The position numbers and the translations under genes were made by a program. A stretch of DNA of 55,703 nucleotides from a virus (Duplodnaviria > Caudoviricetes), in the IMG/VR virus record IMGVR_UViG_3300020156_000034, positions 1 through 55,703 of that record; one strand, 5' to 3'. Below, in pieces: positions 39,401-45,313 of this stretch. Under the pieces are notes generated by a model. That model was not told the origin of the DNA. It saw only the letters and a program-made list of their open reading frames with translations, and made no database searches. Each line of letters starts with the position of its first letter. The first letter of the stretch is position 1.

Positions 39401-40265
39401 CCCGGTGCCCGGCGGCTACATGAAGGTCGCGAAGCCCTTTGAATGGGCGGCGCCGGCGAACCTCGTCGAGGCCGGGCTGGACTACGTCAAGAAGCAGAAC
39501 CCCGACGCGCTGCGCCGGATTCGGCCAGAAGGCACGCACGCGCTGGTCAGCGTCCTCGTCCCGACGGCGCTGCTGCCGCTGATCGAGGCGCAGGCGAACT
39601 ACAGCGCCTTCAGAGACACGCACATCGTGAGCCCCTGGCAGGAAGTGAAAGACCCCGCGCTCCAGTACAACGAGTGGACGACCGAGACCGGCAAACAAAT
39701 CGGGGAGCTGCTCAACGTGTCGCCGGCGAAGGTCGACCACGTCATCTTCGGGTACGGCGCTGGGTTCGCGCGTGGAATCGTCGATTACGGGCTCGACCCG
39801 GCGCTCAAGGGGCTCGGGATTGTCCCGCGAGGCAGCGAGGAGCCGGCAAAGAAGTGGCAGCGTGTGCCTGTCGCGGGGACGTTCTACCGCGATCGCGAGC
39901 CGGACAACAGCTCACAGCCGATTCAGGACTTCTACCGCGCCTACGAGCAGGTGCAGGGCTACGAGGCCACGATGAAGGCCTACGCGAAGACGGGGGAGCG
40001 GGAGAAGGCAGAGGCGCGGCGGACGGCGGCCCAGGCGCAGCCGTGGTTCTCCAGGGCGGCCCAGATCAAGGCCACGAAGGAAGACTTCGAAGAGGCCGGA
40101 CGGATCATCGACGCCATCTACAAGGCGACGCCCGACCAGTTGACCCCCGCCGAGAAGCGGGAGCGCCTCGACAAGGTGTACCGGCTGATGAACGATCAGG
40201 CGCTCGACGCGCTGGGTCGAAAAAAGCCGCCGCTGCCGGTGGCTGGACGCTCGGGAACGCGGTAA
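27402..40265 (+). CDS. Giant polyvalent, DarB-like ejection protein (2H phosphoesterase, zeta-like kinase, N6-adenine MTase, SNF2-like helicase, HExxH, LPD38-like C-terminus)
   Basis: HVTVKYG and HATIAY; GGNASGKT; LEPAMGVG and NPPF; HVVGAGKT, DEAH, ATGTP, QREGRIIRQGN; HEFGH. Confidence 0.88.
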   Translation: MPQKPVTPSVWEEIDLELSAQTPSVATPAGKSVWDEIDAALSESERRRASYGEMADQMGPAVPSVLPMRADRMTSRPQSAILPQVRQPAATPPAPIATGPSLDEIIEAKKTGREIPRIAPMAAHEPSADQATSRAIATARTAQPATPHTEDAPPVPFGLPTAMPAHRQQVRIKPEATVTDRAIDVGLTAVKGAISLPETAVGLADVGLQGFLNAGNPNGPFPGGILGKGLEAVGFHPALAKQVLDQYYSDRQKFANQSVEQADGLIATAVEALRNPETIVHAGIESLALMGAGGLAGRGMAKLGMARHLAPGVGEGVVALGSGAEGLRQQTPTGTLTAPQTAIAGASGALTTGFGLLGSKIAKGLRIADVDTMLAGAAADGEAARGLVQSIIYGAVSEGLLEELPQSVQEQVAQNIALDKPWHEGVDHAAVVGAFTGGLMGGGSQVIDRAGSALRPTPPSTPEESSRGQAPSPAPGAAGEAAPPVVPPVAARPGDTLMEAPVAPSPDATPVAPATTPAASDPIIQAIDEALAETPAPAPEFAPVGAEDRSQLSALSSQLSAPGGDVLDRVTGKLASGERLGTPEARAAFEEQQRVDLSRKSEVGSAKRESGDVHKFSSTQVDLPPAAATKIRELAASIPDTDLAADGRESTPHVTVKYGLHTRDVEEVRSLLANERPVTVTLGRTSHFAGVEDGTADAVMVDVDSPDLHRLNAKIATALKTTDTYPNYKPHATIAYVKPGLGEKYSGRTDLEGETITLDAVTFSSRTGDTFTIPLGPASGGRSAAEMTDEELAASIIAEVDAELAGAQPAADPVLLVGSRFKAEGREWSVKAMKPGQGTQLEQVGTTGPDKSRVTSRWVSDSELRVMLAEDAAPAASEGDAEANAPTKGAKPNVTHNAERDSIEVRFKAKPTPEVLAALKGAGFRWAKGNRAWYRGLKGRSYYPVAEEVRKLVRTAGGVAGTPAIPVTPKIVGEPAGNGTVPVTPKGRREVVSADGVVFDLQTVDPDKLIDSLSGPAKGSVPVTQKREAIAEQRAKNKATRDAAIQRIKDKLKNQATAGIDPEIVTEMVTVMRTYISDGILDFKEAVLLFQEDFGANARKLDRYFEIAWRRLRNEDRKVADVLAEAAPNVFDEIDAEVSKITVKPFNLSGKAAEVQARAIAALEADPRGFKNRYLEQFGRVLNADNASELFEDYAASDEARATLGAAVRAPASALIESLFEDLLAQPPLHGKEPIVVFTAGGNASGKTSGITDERSADIVFDSTFSSPTPSQANVERVLASGRDARVRYVYRDPLKALLDGALPRAMGEANGRTVTVRGLAATHIGSRETVLKLAEHYAGDSRVTFAIRENTEDDIVDRDTKWLKGKAYNDRDVLEGHLFDALDAEHAAGRIDDAVFEGTKGVGRRAGEDRRGDGRGVSQERREKPRDSAAPADGTSKDEVGADGESTRRPGAADSQPLDGSPAEDDGPPASGRKAGGRGTRGGAADTGGRGAGGVRGDGAGSGQGTAPGDLGVPADGGRRPTPAKRRSGGMARPGKSGLDYRISDADAIGSGGDTAKIRANLAAIELLKRIESEGRKATKDEQAVLVKYVGWGGLASIFKPENWYSGDGKKLKDLLTDEEYAAARASTPNAHYTSKDVVDAVWSAVKRLGIDHGRVLEPAMGVGHFFGLMPRELAGDTTWAGVELDSTSGRIAQQLYQSAQIQIKGFEAALLPDNFFDLAIGNPPFGNYPIHDPEFRGRPRALSSAIHNYFFAKALDKVKPGGVMAFITSHYTMDAKDSTVRTYLAERATLLGAIRLPNTAFKANAGTEVVTDIIFLQKREQPVRASELSKADLLWTRTGSVLDGKATINEYFIRNPHMVMGEHALEGSMYSDKEYTVTATGDLAEQLKAAIKKLPRNVVDTAPVQKPVEEQLEEFVPAPDVVKPYAFTLQDGKLMVRDGGRLTKVTVPDGTKTRIVGMMGVRDVLRDTMRTMLTAEATDAEVKVQQGKLAKVYDAFVKKHGYIHDPANQRAFGDDPDKPLLLSLEDWDSREKKATKAPIFTKRTLSPARPITHVETAGEGLILSLNVRGRIDWNYMSTVVGQSVEDLQAALAGQVYENPAGGWDVADAYLSGDVRQKLDEAKAAAALDPKFQANVEALEKVQPEPLGPADVSGRLGASWIPASDVSAFVDEILEERGAVKVAYVPAIAAWAVQERGFNIRTNTNNNTKWGTPRATAVKILDDALNGRFISVYDTTTDGKRVLNPKETAAAREKQAALEAEFASWVWRDSARADRLLEFYNRHFNNIRLRTFDGTHLTLGGMALEVVLRSHQKDAIWRTLQTPNTLLAHVVGAGKTFVMIGSAMEKRRLGLAKKPMIVVPNHLVEQTAKEFLRMYPAANVLMTTKKDFEAGARKKLMARIATGDWDAVIVAHSSFGKVPVSNERFNAFLEDQLAELEEALRAAKHESSGRDATVKELEKAKRRLEAKLKDRRKEDTQDKTVTWEEIGVDALYVDEAHLFKNLYFPTRMTRLAGLPNSESDRAFDMLLKVRHVQEVNNGGGVTFATGTPISNTMAEMYTMQRYLGMDDLASRGLAMFDSWAKQFGVAVNSLELAPEGRGYRMRTRFAEFTNWAELAKMYRTFADVLTADKLKLPTPKVKGGSGQPVTSPASPELKAYVTDLVERAEQVRKGRVDPKKDNMLKIVGEGRKVALDLRLVGFAHPDPEGKLFASAERISDIYFRWKDKKGTQLVFSDLGTPSSDGFNVYDELKRILVERHKMPADQIAFIHDADTDAKKQRLFNDVNAGRIRVLIGSTEKMGAGTNVQKRLVALHHLDAPWRPSDIEQREGRIIRQGNEFRDADPDGFEVEIYRYLTEGSFDAYMWQTLESKAKFIAASTSDNLTARKIEDMDAVVMNAAEMKAAASGDPRVFEKVKLDSDVQRLEILASSHEDTQWALRRNLANLPVELTQQQNRLAVIEEALAALAPAEPFEVEIGGKTFTEPGKAGTELRRVAWDVFEKHTTKVRVPIGKHRGMVIDVITEDGGSRKKPVKNAETGEITERQANFPSVYVRHEASGWVAYIASPDTIATSSSSDDVGLMQKVRHAASGLPGQRTEQLGIIANTEKRLKQAQEGVKPFEHAEKLKELKARQAKLNAELNLDVQSQATAAPVVDEADGDEIRTETGGSDDGVSSMAGPSTGLPQPKGPAIPVTPRMRPTEIVKRLRTGLGAIPVNVGRFRQQALGIYKQKPQAIRVKVANDLQTVAHEFGHHVDISILGIDRKDKRWKNELIQLGMATSKPSYTQSQIRQEGAAEFFRLFLIEPHTAQKEAPEYFAEFERRLDAQPHAELKKLLLETRADLQGLISQDPGTRGELRIDFTGTDTPSAFQRFRENPKATIRDLSRLWIDDLKALRVAVEEMADARPLEFRKNAYVLARVARGSASMAEGFLEVGVRGRNGRFIAPSLADAISPVKGQLEEFSKFLVALRVLEVRGLKNKETGMSADEALGLLDRYVHRGYVGALHALEQERAEGLTNRTQAEYDAAIAAAEHAVQAEVKEGFESFDQARQNVSAFQRGLLQYAREFHALSDAQFRKLEREFFYVPLQRVMDDVAGAFAGGARKFANRTLPIKRMKGSGRDIINPLEAIIRNTFAMVDMVEKNEAMAALVQQADRAVGSGKWLEKIPTPQVATKFNLSQVGDNVREAMADAGVDLPDNFELDELVRVFTPASFTLPGSNIVTVIRNGKREFWQVNDQPLYDALTAIGAQATSKLIEWAEKPAKLLRAGATLTPGFIARNPTRDTVVAFMQSRYGFIPVYDSVRGFIELALGTDAAKLFRTSGVMQSALVGMDRDLVRKEIRNLSERDRIDFFKHVVFHPVDLLRALSSSFESATRMGEFRLALNAGGRERRAGVLGIAQRLTSKNRPARNEETLTRATLAARDVTTDFQRAGVIAREINRFDAFFNARLQGYVRMAETAKRDPVGTALNATMLGLLSWALWWMHEDDEEYFKLPDWERNAYWHIPVPGGYMKVAKPFEWAAPANLVEAGLDYVKKQNPDALRRIRPEGTHALVSVLVPTALLPLIEAQANYSAFRDTHIVSPWQEVKDPALQYNEWTTETGKQIGELLNVSPAKVDHVIFGYGAGFARGIVDYGLDPALKGLGIVPRGSEEPAKKWQRVPVAGTFYRDREPDNSSQPIQDFYRAYEQVQGYEATMKAYAKTGEREKAEARRTAAQAQPWFSRAAQIKATKEDFEEAGRIIDAIYKATPDQLTPAEKRERLDKVYRLMNDQALDALGRKKPPLPVAGRSGTR
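29052..29086 (+). repeat. Heptamer tandem repeat (CAGCTST-like) x5
   Basis: cagctgt cagctct cagctct cagctgt cagctcc. Confidence 0.8.
29193..29227 (+). repeat. Heptamer tandem repeat AGTCGGA x3 plus 2 degenerate copies
   Basis: agtcgga agtcgga agtcgga agtgcga agcggga. Confidence 0.75.
31510..31725 (+). CDS. Nested +1-frame ORF, candidate antitoxin
   Basis: Overlaps the end of the zeta-like domain; helical C-terminal half AAALAKIDAEMDAAFRKNVVKNREIQQ. Confidence 0.45.
   Translation: MTEMSSKATSSTLSTPSTQPAGSTTPSSKAPKVSAAALAKIDAEMDAAFRKNVVKNREIQQRRRTERLKTR
31732..32052 (+). CDS. Nested +1-frame gene, TnpV-like
   Basis: GAGGT RBS; LGLQILSHWTDHRPKMTARLRAAGKLE resembles TnpV; the main frame here is G/R-rich low complexity. 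Confidence 0.65.
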   Translation: MENRLGGLGLQILSHWTDHRPKMTARLRAAGKLEAAVHAAEQLTLEAEAQAVYEGMAPDQARELHRETWAFLPTEDDVPHLPSGDPAEWRAPASPDSTTVFPTPTR

Positions 40266-40301
40266 AATCTGACGCTACCGACAGAATGATCTGACCCCAA
40301 A

Positions 40302-40310
40302 GCCGGGCGG
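40302..40310 (+). promoter_or_regulatory. GCCGGGCGG motif, copy 5
   Basis: Begins 24 nt before GTG 40326; shares AGCCGGGCGGCCGAA with copy 1. Confidence 0.55.
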
Positions 40311-40325
40311 CCGAAGGGTGGCGAC

Positions 40326-40934
40326 GTGCCGTCCACGCGCTATCTGCCGATCGCCGGAACCTGGGCTTGGAACGACGCATGGTGCATGCGCGACGACTCC
40401 CCGTTCGCCCTGATGATGGCGCGGGAGGGATTCGCGCCCCTCCGTGCGCAGGACGGCCGGCGCTTTCGCTGGTCCACCGCCCTCGACGGTCTCTTCGGTG
40501 ACGATCGCCACTGGCTCGCCGGGACCGACGCCCTCTACTACTTCCTCCAAACGGTGCCGCTCGAGCACCGCAACTTCATCGCGCACTCGCACGGCGGTCA
40601 GCTCCCGCTGCACTTGGCGTCACAGGGTGTGCAGATCCGATCCCTCATCACGGTGGGAACGCCGAAGCGCGCCGACGTCGATTCAGAGGCCGCGGCGAAG
40701 AACATCGGCACGTGGCTCCACATCTATGACCTGAAGCGAGACTGGATTCAGTGGCTCGGCCAGGTCGGGGACAAGCAGCTGAACGCCGAGCGTTCATTCC
40801 GCATCCCCCGCGTGGTCAACCACCCCCTGACCGGCATCGGTCACTCGAAGATCCTGCGCGACGAGCGATTCCTTCACTACTGGACGGCTAACGGTTGGCT
40901 GGACGTGCTGCGCACGCCCGTGGCGGCTGTGTGA
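40326..40934 (+). CDS. Alpha/beta hydrolase (lipase/esterase-like)
   Basis: AHSHGG nucleophile elbow; LITVGTP; downstream D and GHS. Confidence 0.8.
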   Translation: MPSTRYLPIAGTWAWNDAWCMRDDSPFALMMAREGFAPLRAQDGRRFRWSTALDGLFGDDRHWLAGTDALYYFLQTVPLEHRNFIAHSHGGQLPLHLASQGVQIRSLITVGTPKRADVDSEAAAKNIGTWLHIYDLKRDWIQWLGQVGDKQLNAERSFRIPRVVNHPLTGIGHSKILRDERFLHYWTANGWLDVLRTPVAAV

Positions 40935-40957
40935 CCCCCACCAAGGAGAGCAAGGGT

Positions 40958-41368
40958 ATGGGACACGACGAAGTCGGGCGACTCGATAAAACGATCATGG
41001 CGCTGACGAATGCGATCGCGGAGGAGAGCGCGCGTACACGCCGCGAGCTGAAGACCGACATCGCCAGCGTCAGAAGCGACGCGTCGGCCGCTCACGAGCG
41101 GATCCGCACCGATCTCACGGAGTTCATCGGTGAGGCCACCGTGCAGCAGACGCTCCTGCGCGCTGACGTGGAGTCCCACCGGCGCCGGTTGGATGCGCTG
41201 GAGAGGCGCCGCACGCCGACACAACCTCCGTCGCTGCCGGACGAGGCGAAGGCCGTCACTCGCCGGGAGGTCGCGATCTACGCCCTGGGCATGACCACGT
41301 GCGCAGGAATCATCGCCATCGTCTACAAAGCCCTGCCGGCCCTCGCGGCGCTCATGAAAGCCAACTGA
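40958..41368 (+). CDS. Holin-like/XhlA-like membrane protein
   Basis: Coiled coil plus C-terminal TM helix; directly before the endolysin. Confidence 0.5.
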   Translation: MGHDEVGRLDKTIMALTNAIAEESARTRRELKTDIASVRSDASAAHERIRTDLTEFIGEATVQQTLLRADVESHRRRLDALERRRTPTQPPSLPDEAKAVTRREVAIYALGMTTCAGIIAIVYKALPALAALMKAN

Positions 41369-41370
41369 AC

Positions 41371-41976
41371 ATGGACATCCAGCCGATCATTGCGAAGCTC
41401 GCGCCGCGCGCTCACCATGTGTACCGCCAAGCCTTCGCGCGCGCGGAGGGGCTACCGACCACGCCACTGCGCCTGGCGCACTTCCTCGCGCAGTGCTGCC
41501 ACGAGACGACTGCCCTCACGGTCCTGCAGGAGAACCTGAACTACACGAGCGCGGAGCGGCTGTGTGCGGTCTGGCCGTCCCGGTTCCGCACCGTTGCCGC
41601 GGCGCGTCCGTTCGTCCGCAACCCGGCAGGCCTTGCGGAGGAAGTCTACGGCCAGCGCATGGGGAACCTGTCGCCCGGTGACGGCTGGCGTTACATCGGC
41701 CGGGGTCTGCTGCAACTCACCGGGCGCGAGGCCTATGCCGAAATCGGGGAGCGCATCGGCGTCAATCTCGTGGCTCGCCCTGAGCTTGCCGCACTCGAGA
41801 CGCACGCGTTGCCCGTCGCGCTCGCCGTCTGGAAGTGGAAGGGCTGCGATGCGCACGCGGATGCCGATAGCGTGCGCCTGGTGACGCGGGCGATCAACGG
41901 GGGCCAGATCGGCCTGCGTGATCGCGAAGAGTGGCTGGAGCGCACGAAGCAGGCCGTGATGGAGATGTCGGTATGA
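41371..41976 (+). CDS. Endolysin, glycoside hydrolase family 19
   Basis: AHFLAQCCHET, ENLNY, YIGRGLLQLTGR..Y, INGG. Confidence 0.92.
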   Translation: MDIQPIIAKLAPRAHHVYRQAFARAEGLPTTPLRLAHFLAQCCHETTALTVLQENLNYTSAERLCAVWPSRFRTVAAARPFVRNPAGLAEEVYGQRMGNLSPGDGWRYIGRGLLQLTGREAYAEIGERIGVNLVARPELAALETHALPVALAVWKWKGCDAHADADSVRLVTRAINGGQIGLRDREEWLERTKQAVMEMSV

Positions 41977-43709
41977 GTGGCTGGTATTCCAAGTTCACGC
42001 CGGACGGGCGCCGGTTGCTCTCGGGCGAGGTGATCATCCTTGACCATGGCGAGCCGGTGCTCCTGCGCGACGGGCGGATCCGCGGGAGCAATCCCTGCCC
42101 GCTGAACAATCGCGAGTTCGTGTGGAACCCGGGGGACCGCCGTGGCGCCCGCACGTTCGACTTCTGGACCGGCACCGACCTCGAGGTCTACCCGCGGGAG
42201 CTCAGCGAGCTGGCGGCCGGCGGCGGCGTGATCGCTGGGCGCGATGCCGAGCGCGGCGAGCTGGTCATCATTCGACCGGGGCAACCGGTGGAGATCATCG
42301 CCGGCGCCGGACAGCCCTCGGTGGCAGCTGATGGCGAAGTGGTCTACCGGGTGGGCGACGACAAGATCGAGCCGTTTATCTGCCGCACGGCAGTCGCGTG
42401 GGGCGACGGCCACGGCCGGATTCTCGCGCATCGCCGGGGATCGTCGGACGTCCAGGACGTAACGGTCGGAAACTGGGAAGCGCGCGCGTTCCTGTTTGAC
42501 GGACCGGATGACGAGCCCTGGACGCTCTGCATGGGGCCGGGGGGCTCACTCCGGTGCCGGCCGCTGTTCGGCGTCGACGGCTACCTGGCGCCGCCTGCGA
42601 AGACCGGCGACAACCGCAACATCCTCGCGCACGCCGTCTGCCTCGAGGGCCGCGTGCTGGCTGTCTGGCAATCCACCTCCGGCGAGCAGATCACCCACAA
42701 GTTCGATCTGGCGCTGCGGCCGGAGGACCTGACCCTTGTCGCCGTGCCGAGCCCTGCGCCGGCGCCTTCACCTGTTCCGCCTTCACCTGAGGTTCTGATA
42801 GTGAGCACACCAAATCATCACGCGGTCGTGGAGGAAGTCAATCGCAAGTTCCCTCACCTGTTAGTCGCGAACACCGAGGAGACGGTCGGCGAGTTCACCG
42901 AGCGATCAGTGCTCGCGCTCTCGGCGGTGGACCGCAACTGGGGGCACGTCGGCAAGCAGCCTGGCGAGAAGCAGTGGAATGGCCACGCCGTCGACGCGGC
43001 GAAATACAGGACCACCGGGCAGGTGATCGACTTTGTTATCGGCGCGGGCTCGGGCAATCCGACCACGACGACGTGGATCGAGCAGCCGTCGCGAGAGGGC
43101 AACGACTGGACGCCGCCAATCCCGGTCGGCGAGAGACCGGCCCAGGGGCCGACTCCCGCACCTGGTCCGGCTCCGCCCGCGCCGGCACCGCCGTCGTCAG
43201 GTCACGCATACGAGCGGGACGATGACGAGCGCGACGAATGCGACCGGATCATGCCGGACGGGTCGCAGTGCGATCAGCCGCGGGCCGCGGCGATTCACGC
43301 GGGGGTGTCGCCGCAGCCGCCCGCACCGCCACCGCCTCCAGCGCCTGGCCCCACGCCGCCGCCACGGTCGGATGTCGCCTCCATCCTCTCGCGCCTGAGC
43401 GGAATCGGCATGGACGTGCTGGCGGTGCAGGCGCTGATTCGTGGTCTGCCGCCCACGCAGCTCCCGGAGCCGCATGTCTGCCCGCCATCTCCCCCCTGCG
43501 ACCTGCCGCACGGGACCGCGCCGACCGGACCGCCGATGTCGGAGCCTGAACTCCAAGCGTTCGTGGCTGAGCTGGCGAAGGCGCACGCCGGCGGCACGCG
43601 TCGGATCATGCCTCCAGCGGAACTGACGTTCCTGCTGTTCGGGTTCCTCTGGGAAGGGGTGAGCCGCGAGCGAACGCTCGAACGGGCCCGAGAGCGCGCA
43701 CAGTCGTAG
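41973..43709 (+). CDS. Multidomain Pro-rich hypothetical protein in the lysis cassette
   Basis: GGAG RBS; beta-rich N-terminal half; Pro linkers; central VIDFV domain. Confidence 0.65.
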   Translation: MSGWYSKFTPDGRRLLSGEVIILDHGEPVLLRDGRIRGSNPCPLNNREFVWNPGDRRGARTFDFWTGTDLEVYPRELSELAAGGGVIAGRDAERGELVIIRPGQPVEIIAGAGQPSVAADGEVVYRVGDDKIEPFICRTAVAWGDGHGRILAHRRGSSDVQDVTVGNWEARAFLFDGPDDEPWTLCMGPGGSLRCRPLFGVDGYLAPPAKTGDNRNILAHAVCLEGRVLAVWQSTSGEQITHKFDLALRPEDLTLVAVPSPAPAPSPVPPSPEVLIVSTPNHHAVVEEVNRKFPHLLVANTEETVGEFTERSVLALSAVDRNWGHVGKQPGEKQWNGHAVDAAKYRTTGQVIDFVIGAGSGNPTTTTWIEQPSREGNDWTPPIPVGERPAQGPTPAPGPAPPAPAPPSSGHAYERDDDERDECDRIMPDGSQCDQPRAAAIHAGVSPQPPAPPPPPAPGPTPPPRSDVASILSRLSGIGMDVLAVQALIRGLPPTQLPEPHVCPPSPPCDLPHGTAPTGPPMSEPELQAFVAELAKAHAGGTRRIMPPAELTFLLFGFLWEGVSRERTLERARERAQS

Positions 43710-43718
43710 AATGGGGCC

Positions 43719-43967
43719 GTGTTCGGCCCCATTCTAAACCTCTGGATCGACAACGAGAACGGCCGGATGCCCGAGGAACCCGTGAGCCATCAGGTGCCGC
43801 CGCACCTCGAGTCGGTGGAATGGCGGTTCTGGTGCGCCTGCGGCTACCACTGGAAGAGCACAGGCGATGCGATTCTTGTCGGAACGCGGTGGGCGGCGCC
43901 GTCGCAGGCCTGCGTCAGCTGCCATGCCTGGGTCCAGGGTAAGGGGAGAGCCGAGCCGCCAGCGTGA
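43719..43967 (+). CDS. Small Zn-ribbon-like protein
   Basis: CACG...CVSCH. Confidence 0.5.
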   Translation: MFGPILNLWIDNENGRMPEEPVSHQVPPHLESVEWRFWCACGYHWKSTGDAILVGTRWAAPSQACVSCHAWVQGKGRAEPPA

Positions 43968-44046
43968 TTGTGGCGTGATTCCAGGTGTGCCTTTTTACCT
44001 CGTAGGCGTTACCTCCTGACCCCGCCGAAAAGTGCCCGTACAGCCG

Positions 44047-44070
44047 AAAGCCCCGCAAAAACGGGGCTTT
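44047..44070 (-). terminator. Rho-independent terminator downstream of the tRNA fragment
   Basis: AAAGCCCCG-caaaaa-CGGGGCTTT. Confidence 0.75.
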
Positions 44071-44072
44071 AT

Positions 44073-44126
44073 TGGTGGACGGCGCGAGGATCGAACTCGC
44101 GACCTCCGCATTGCGAATGCGGCGCT
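44073..44126 (-). other. attP core: 3' part of tRNA-Ala(CGC)
   Basis: Reverse complement gives anticodon arm CCGCA-TTCGCAA-TGCGG, T arm GCGAG-TTCGATC-CTCGC and GCCGTCC-ACCA (U70). The 5' half is absent. Adjacent to the integrase. Confidence 0.88.
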
Positions 44127-44185
44127 TATTTTCAAAATATCTAAAGATATCTTCGTTTTGTCAGGCTCCGTGATTCGTGCGTGAT

Positions 44186-45313
44186 TCAGGAAGCCCGTCG
44201 GCGCCGCGGCTTCACCGCTTCCACCGCTGCCGTCGCCTTCTCGTCGATCAGCTCGTGATAGATCCCAAGTACCACACCGGGGGTCTTCCAGCGCCCGACC
44301 TTCTGCACCGTCCCAATATCGTGACCACGCGTGAGCATCCGGGTCGTGCCGGTACGTCGCGTCGACCAGTGGAAGGTCAGTCCGCCGTTCTTCTTGCCGA
44401 AGGGGATCCCAGCCATTCCGCAGTAGCGTTCGAGCATCTGTCGGATCCCGTTGCGTCGATCGCGTTGCGTCTCGGCTCGGCGCCGACGCGAGAAGTAGTA
44501 CTCCGTCCCGTCGTCTGGCACCTGGTCGAGCGCCTTCTGCGCGCGTTTCGAGAGCGGTACCCAGAAGCCGCCTCCGGCCTTCGGGTCAGGAATCCACAGG
44601 ACGTTCTCATTGCGATCGGCGCGTTTGGCGTCGAGCACGTCCCCCATGCGCAGTAGGCTGTCGAGCGCCAGCAGGTAGAGCGCCTTGTCGTCTGGTGCCA
44701 TGACCTTGAGCAGCTTCGCTTCCTCGTCTTCTTCCATCAGCCGGCGCTTCGGCGTCGTCGCCTTCTCGTTCTTCATGCCGTAGAGCGGCGATGCCTCGAG
44801 ATACGTAGGTACGGCTGATTGCATGATCGTCTTTAGCAGTGCGACCTCTCGGTTCACCGTGCGAGGTCCGGCCTGGACCGTTCGCGCGGCGGTGCGGAAC
44901 TTGGCCGCGACCGTGGTCGGTTTTGTCAGCCGTGGGGTGATCCACTTCTCCTTCACAGTCGCCCTGGTGATAGCTGACAGCTGATAGCTTCCGAATACCG
45001 CCAGCAGCTTCGGCAGGATCTCCAACTCCCGCTCCTTGCCTTTCCGCTTCGGCAGTTCGTGTTCGCGGAACCAGTCCGCCTGCTCCGCGAAGGTGCGTTG
45101 CGGTTTCCGTCCTGGGATGTTGCCGCCGGCGAGCTGCGCCATGCGGGCGAAATAGTGGTGATCCGCCAGGGTGCGGTTGGCTTTCCGCAACTGCGGTGAT
45201 GGCGCATCGCTCCGGATCCTGGTCCGTTCGCGCAACGGGTTGCCCTTGGCGTCCGTGAAGCCGTCGAGCAGGATCCAGAAGAACGGTGAGTCTGACCGTT
45301 TGTAGACGCCCAC
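44186..45313 (-). CDS. int: Tyrosine integrase
   Basis: MGVYKR..S.FFW arm-binding start; TVNREVALLK; LLRMGD; FHWSTRRT; VGRW; C-terminal Tyr. Confidence 0.88.
   Translation of the reverse strand: MGVYKRSDSPFFWILLDGFTDAKGNPLRERTRIRSDAPSPQLRKANRTLADHHYFARMAQLAGGNIPGRKPQRTFAEQADWFREHELPKRKGKERELEILPKLLAVFGSYQLSAITRATVKEKWITPRLTKPTTVAAKFRTAARTVQAGPRTVNREVALLKTIMQSAVPTYLEASPLYGMKNEKATTPKRRLMEEDEEAKLLKVMAPDDKALYLLALDSLLRMGDVLDAKRADRNENVLWIPDPKAGGGFWVPLSKRAQKALDQVPDDGTEYYFSRRRRAETQRDRRNGIRQMLERYCGMAGIPFGKKNGGLTFHWSTRRTGTTRMLTRGHDIGTVQKVGRWKTPGVVLGIYHELIDEKATAAVEAVKPRRRRAS

Larger units (their letters stand above)
43963..44186. repeat. Putative integrase arm-type sites, CGTGATT x4
   Basis: Direct-repeat pairs at 43963/43974 and 44169/44180, both with 11-bp spacing, flanking the att core. 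Confidence 0.65.

Noticed and set aside
44073-44126. Functional tRNA-Ala gene
   Set aside because: Lacks the 5' acceptor strand and most of the D arm; better explained as the att core
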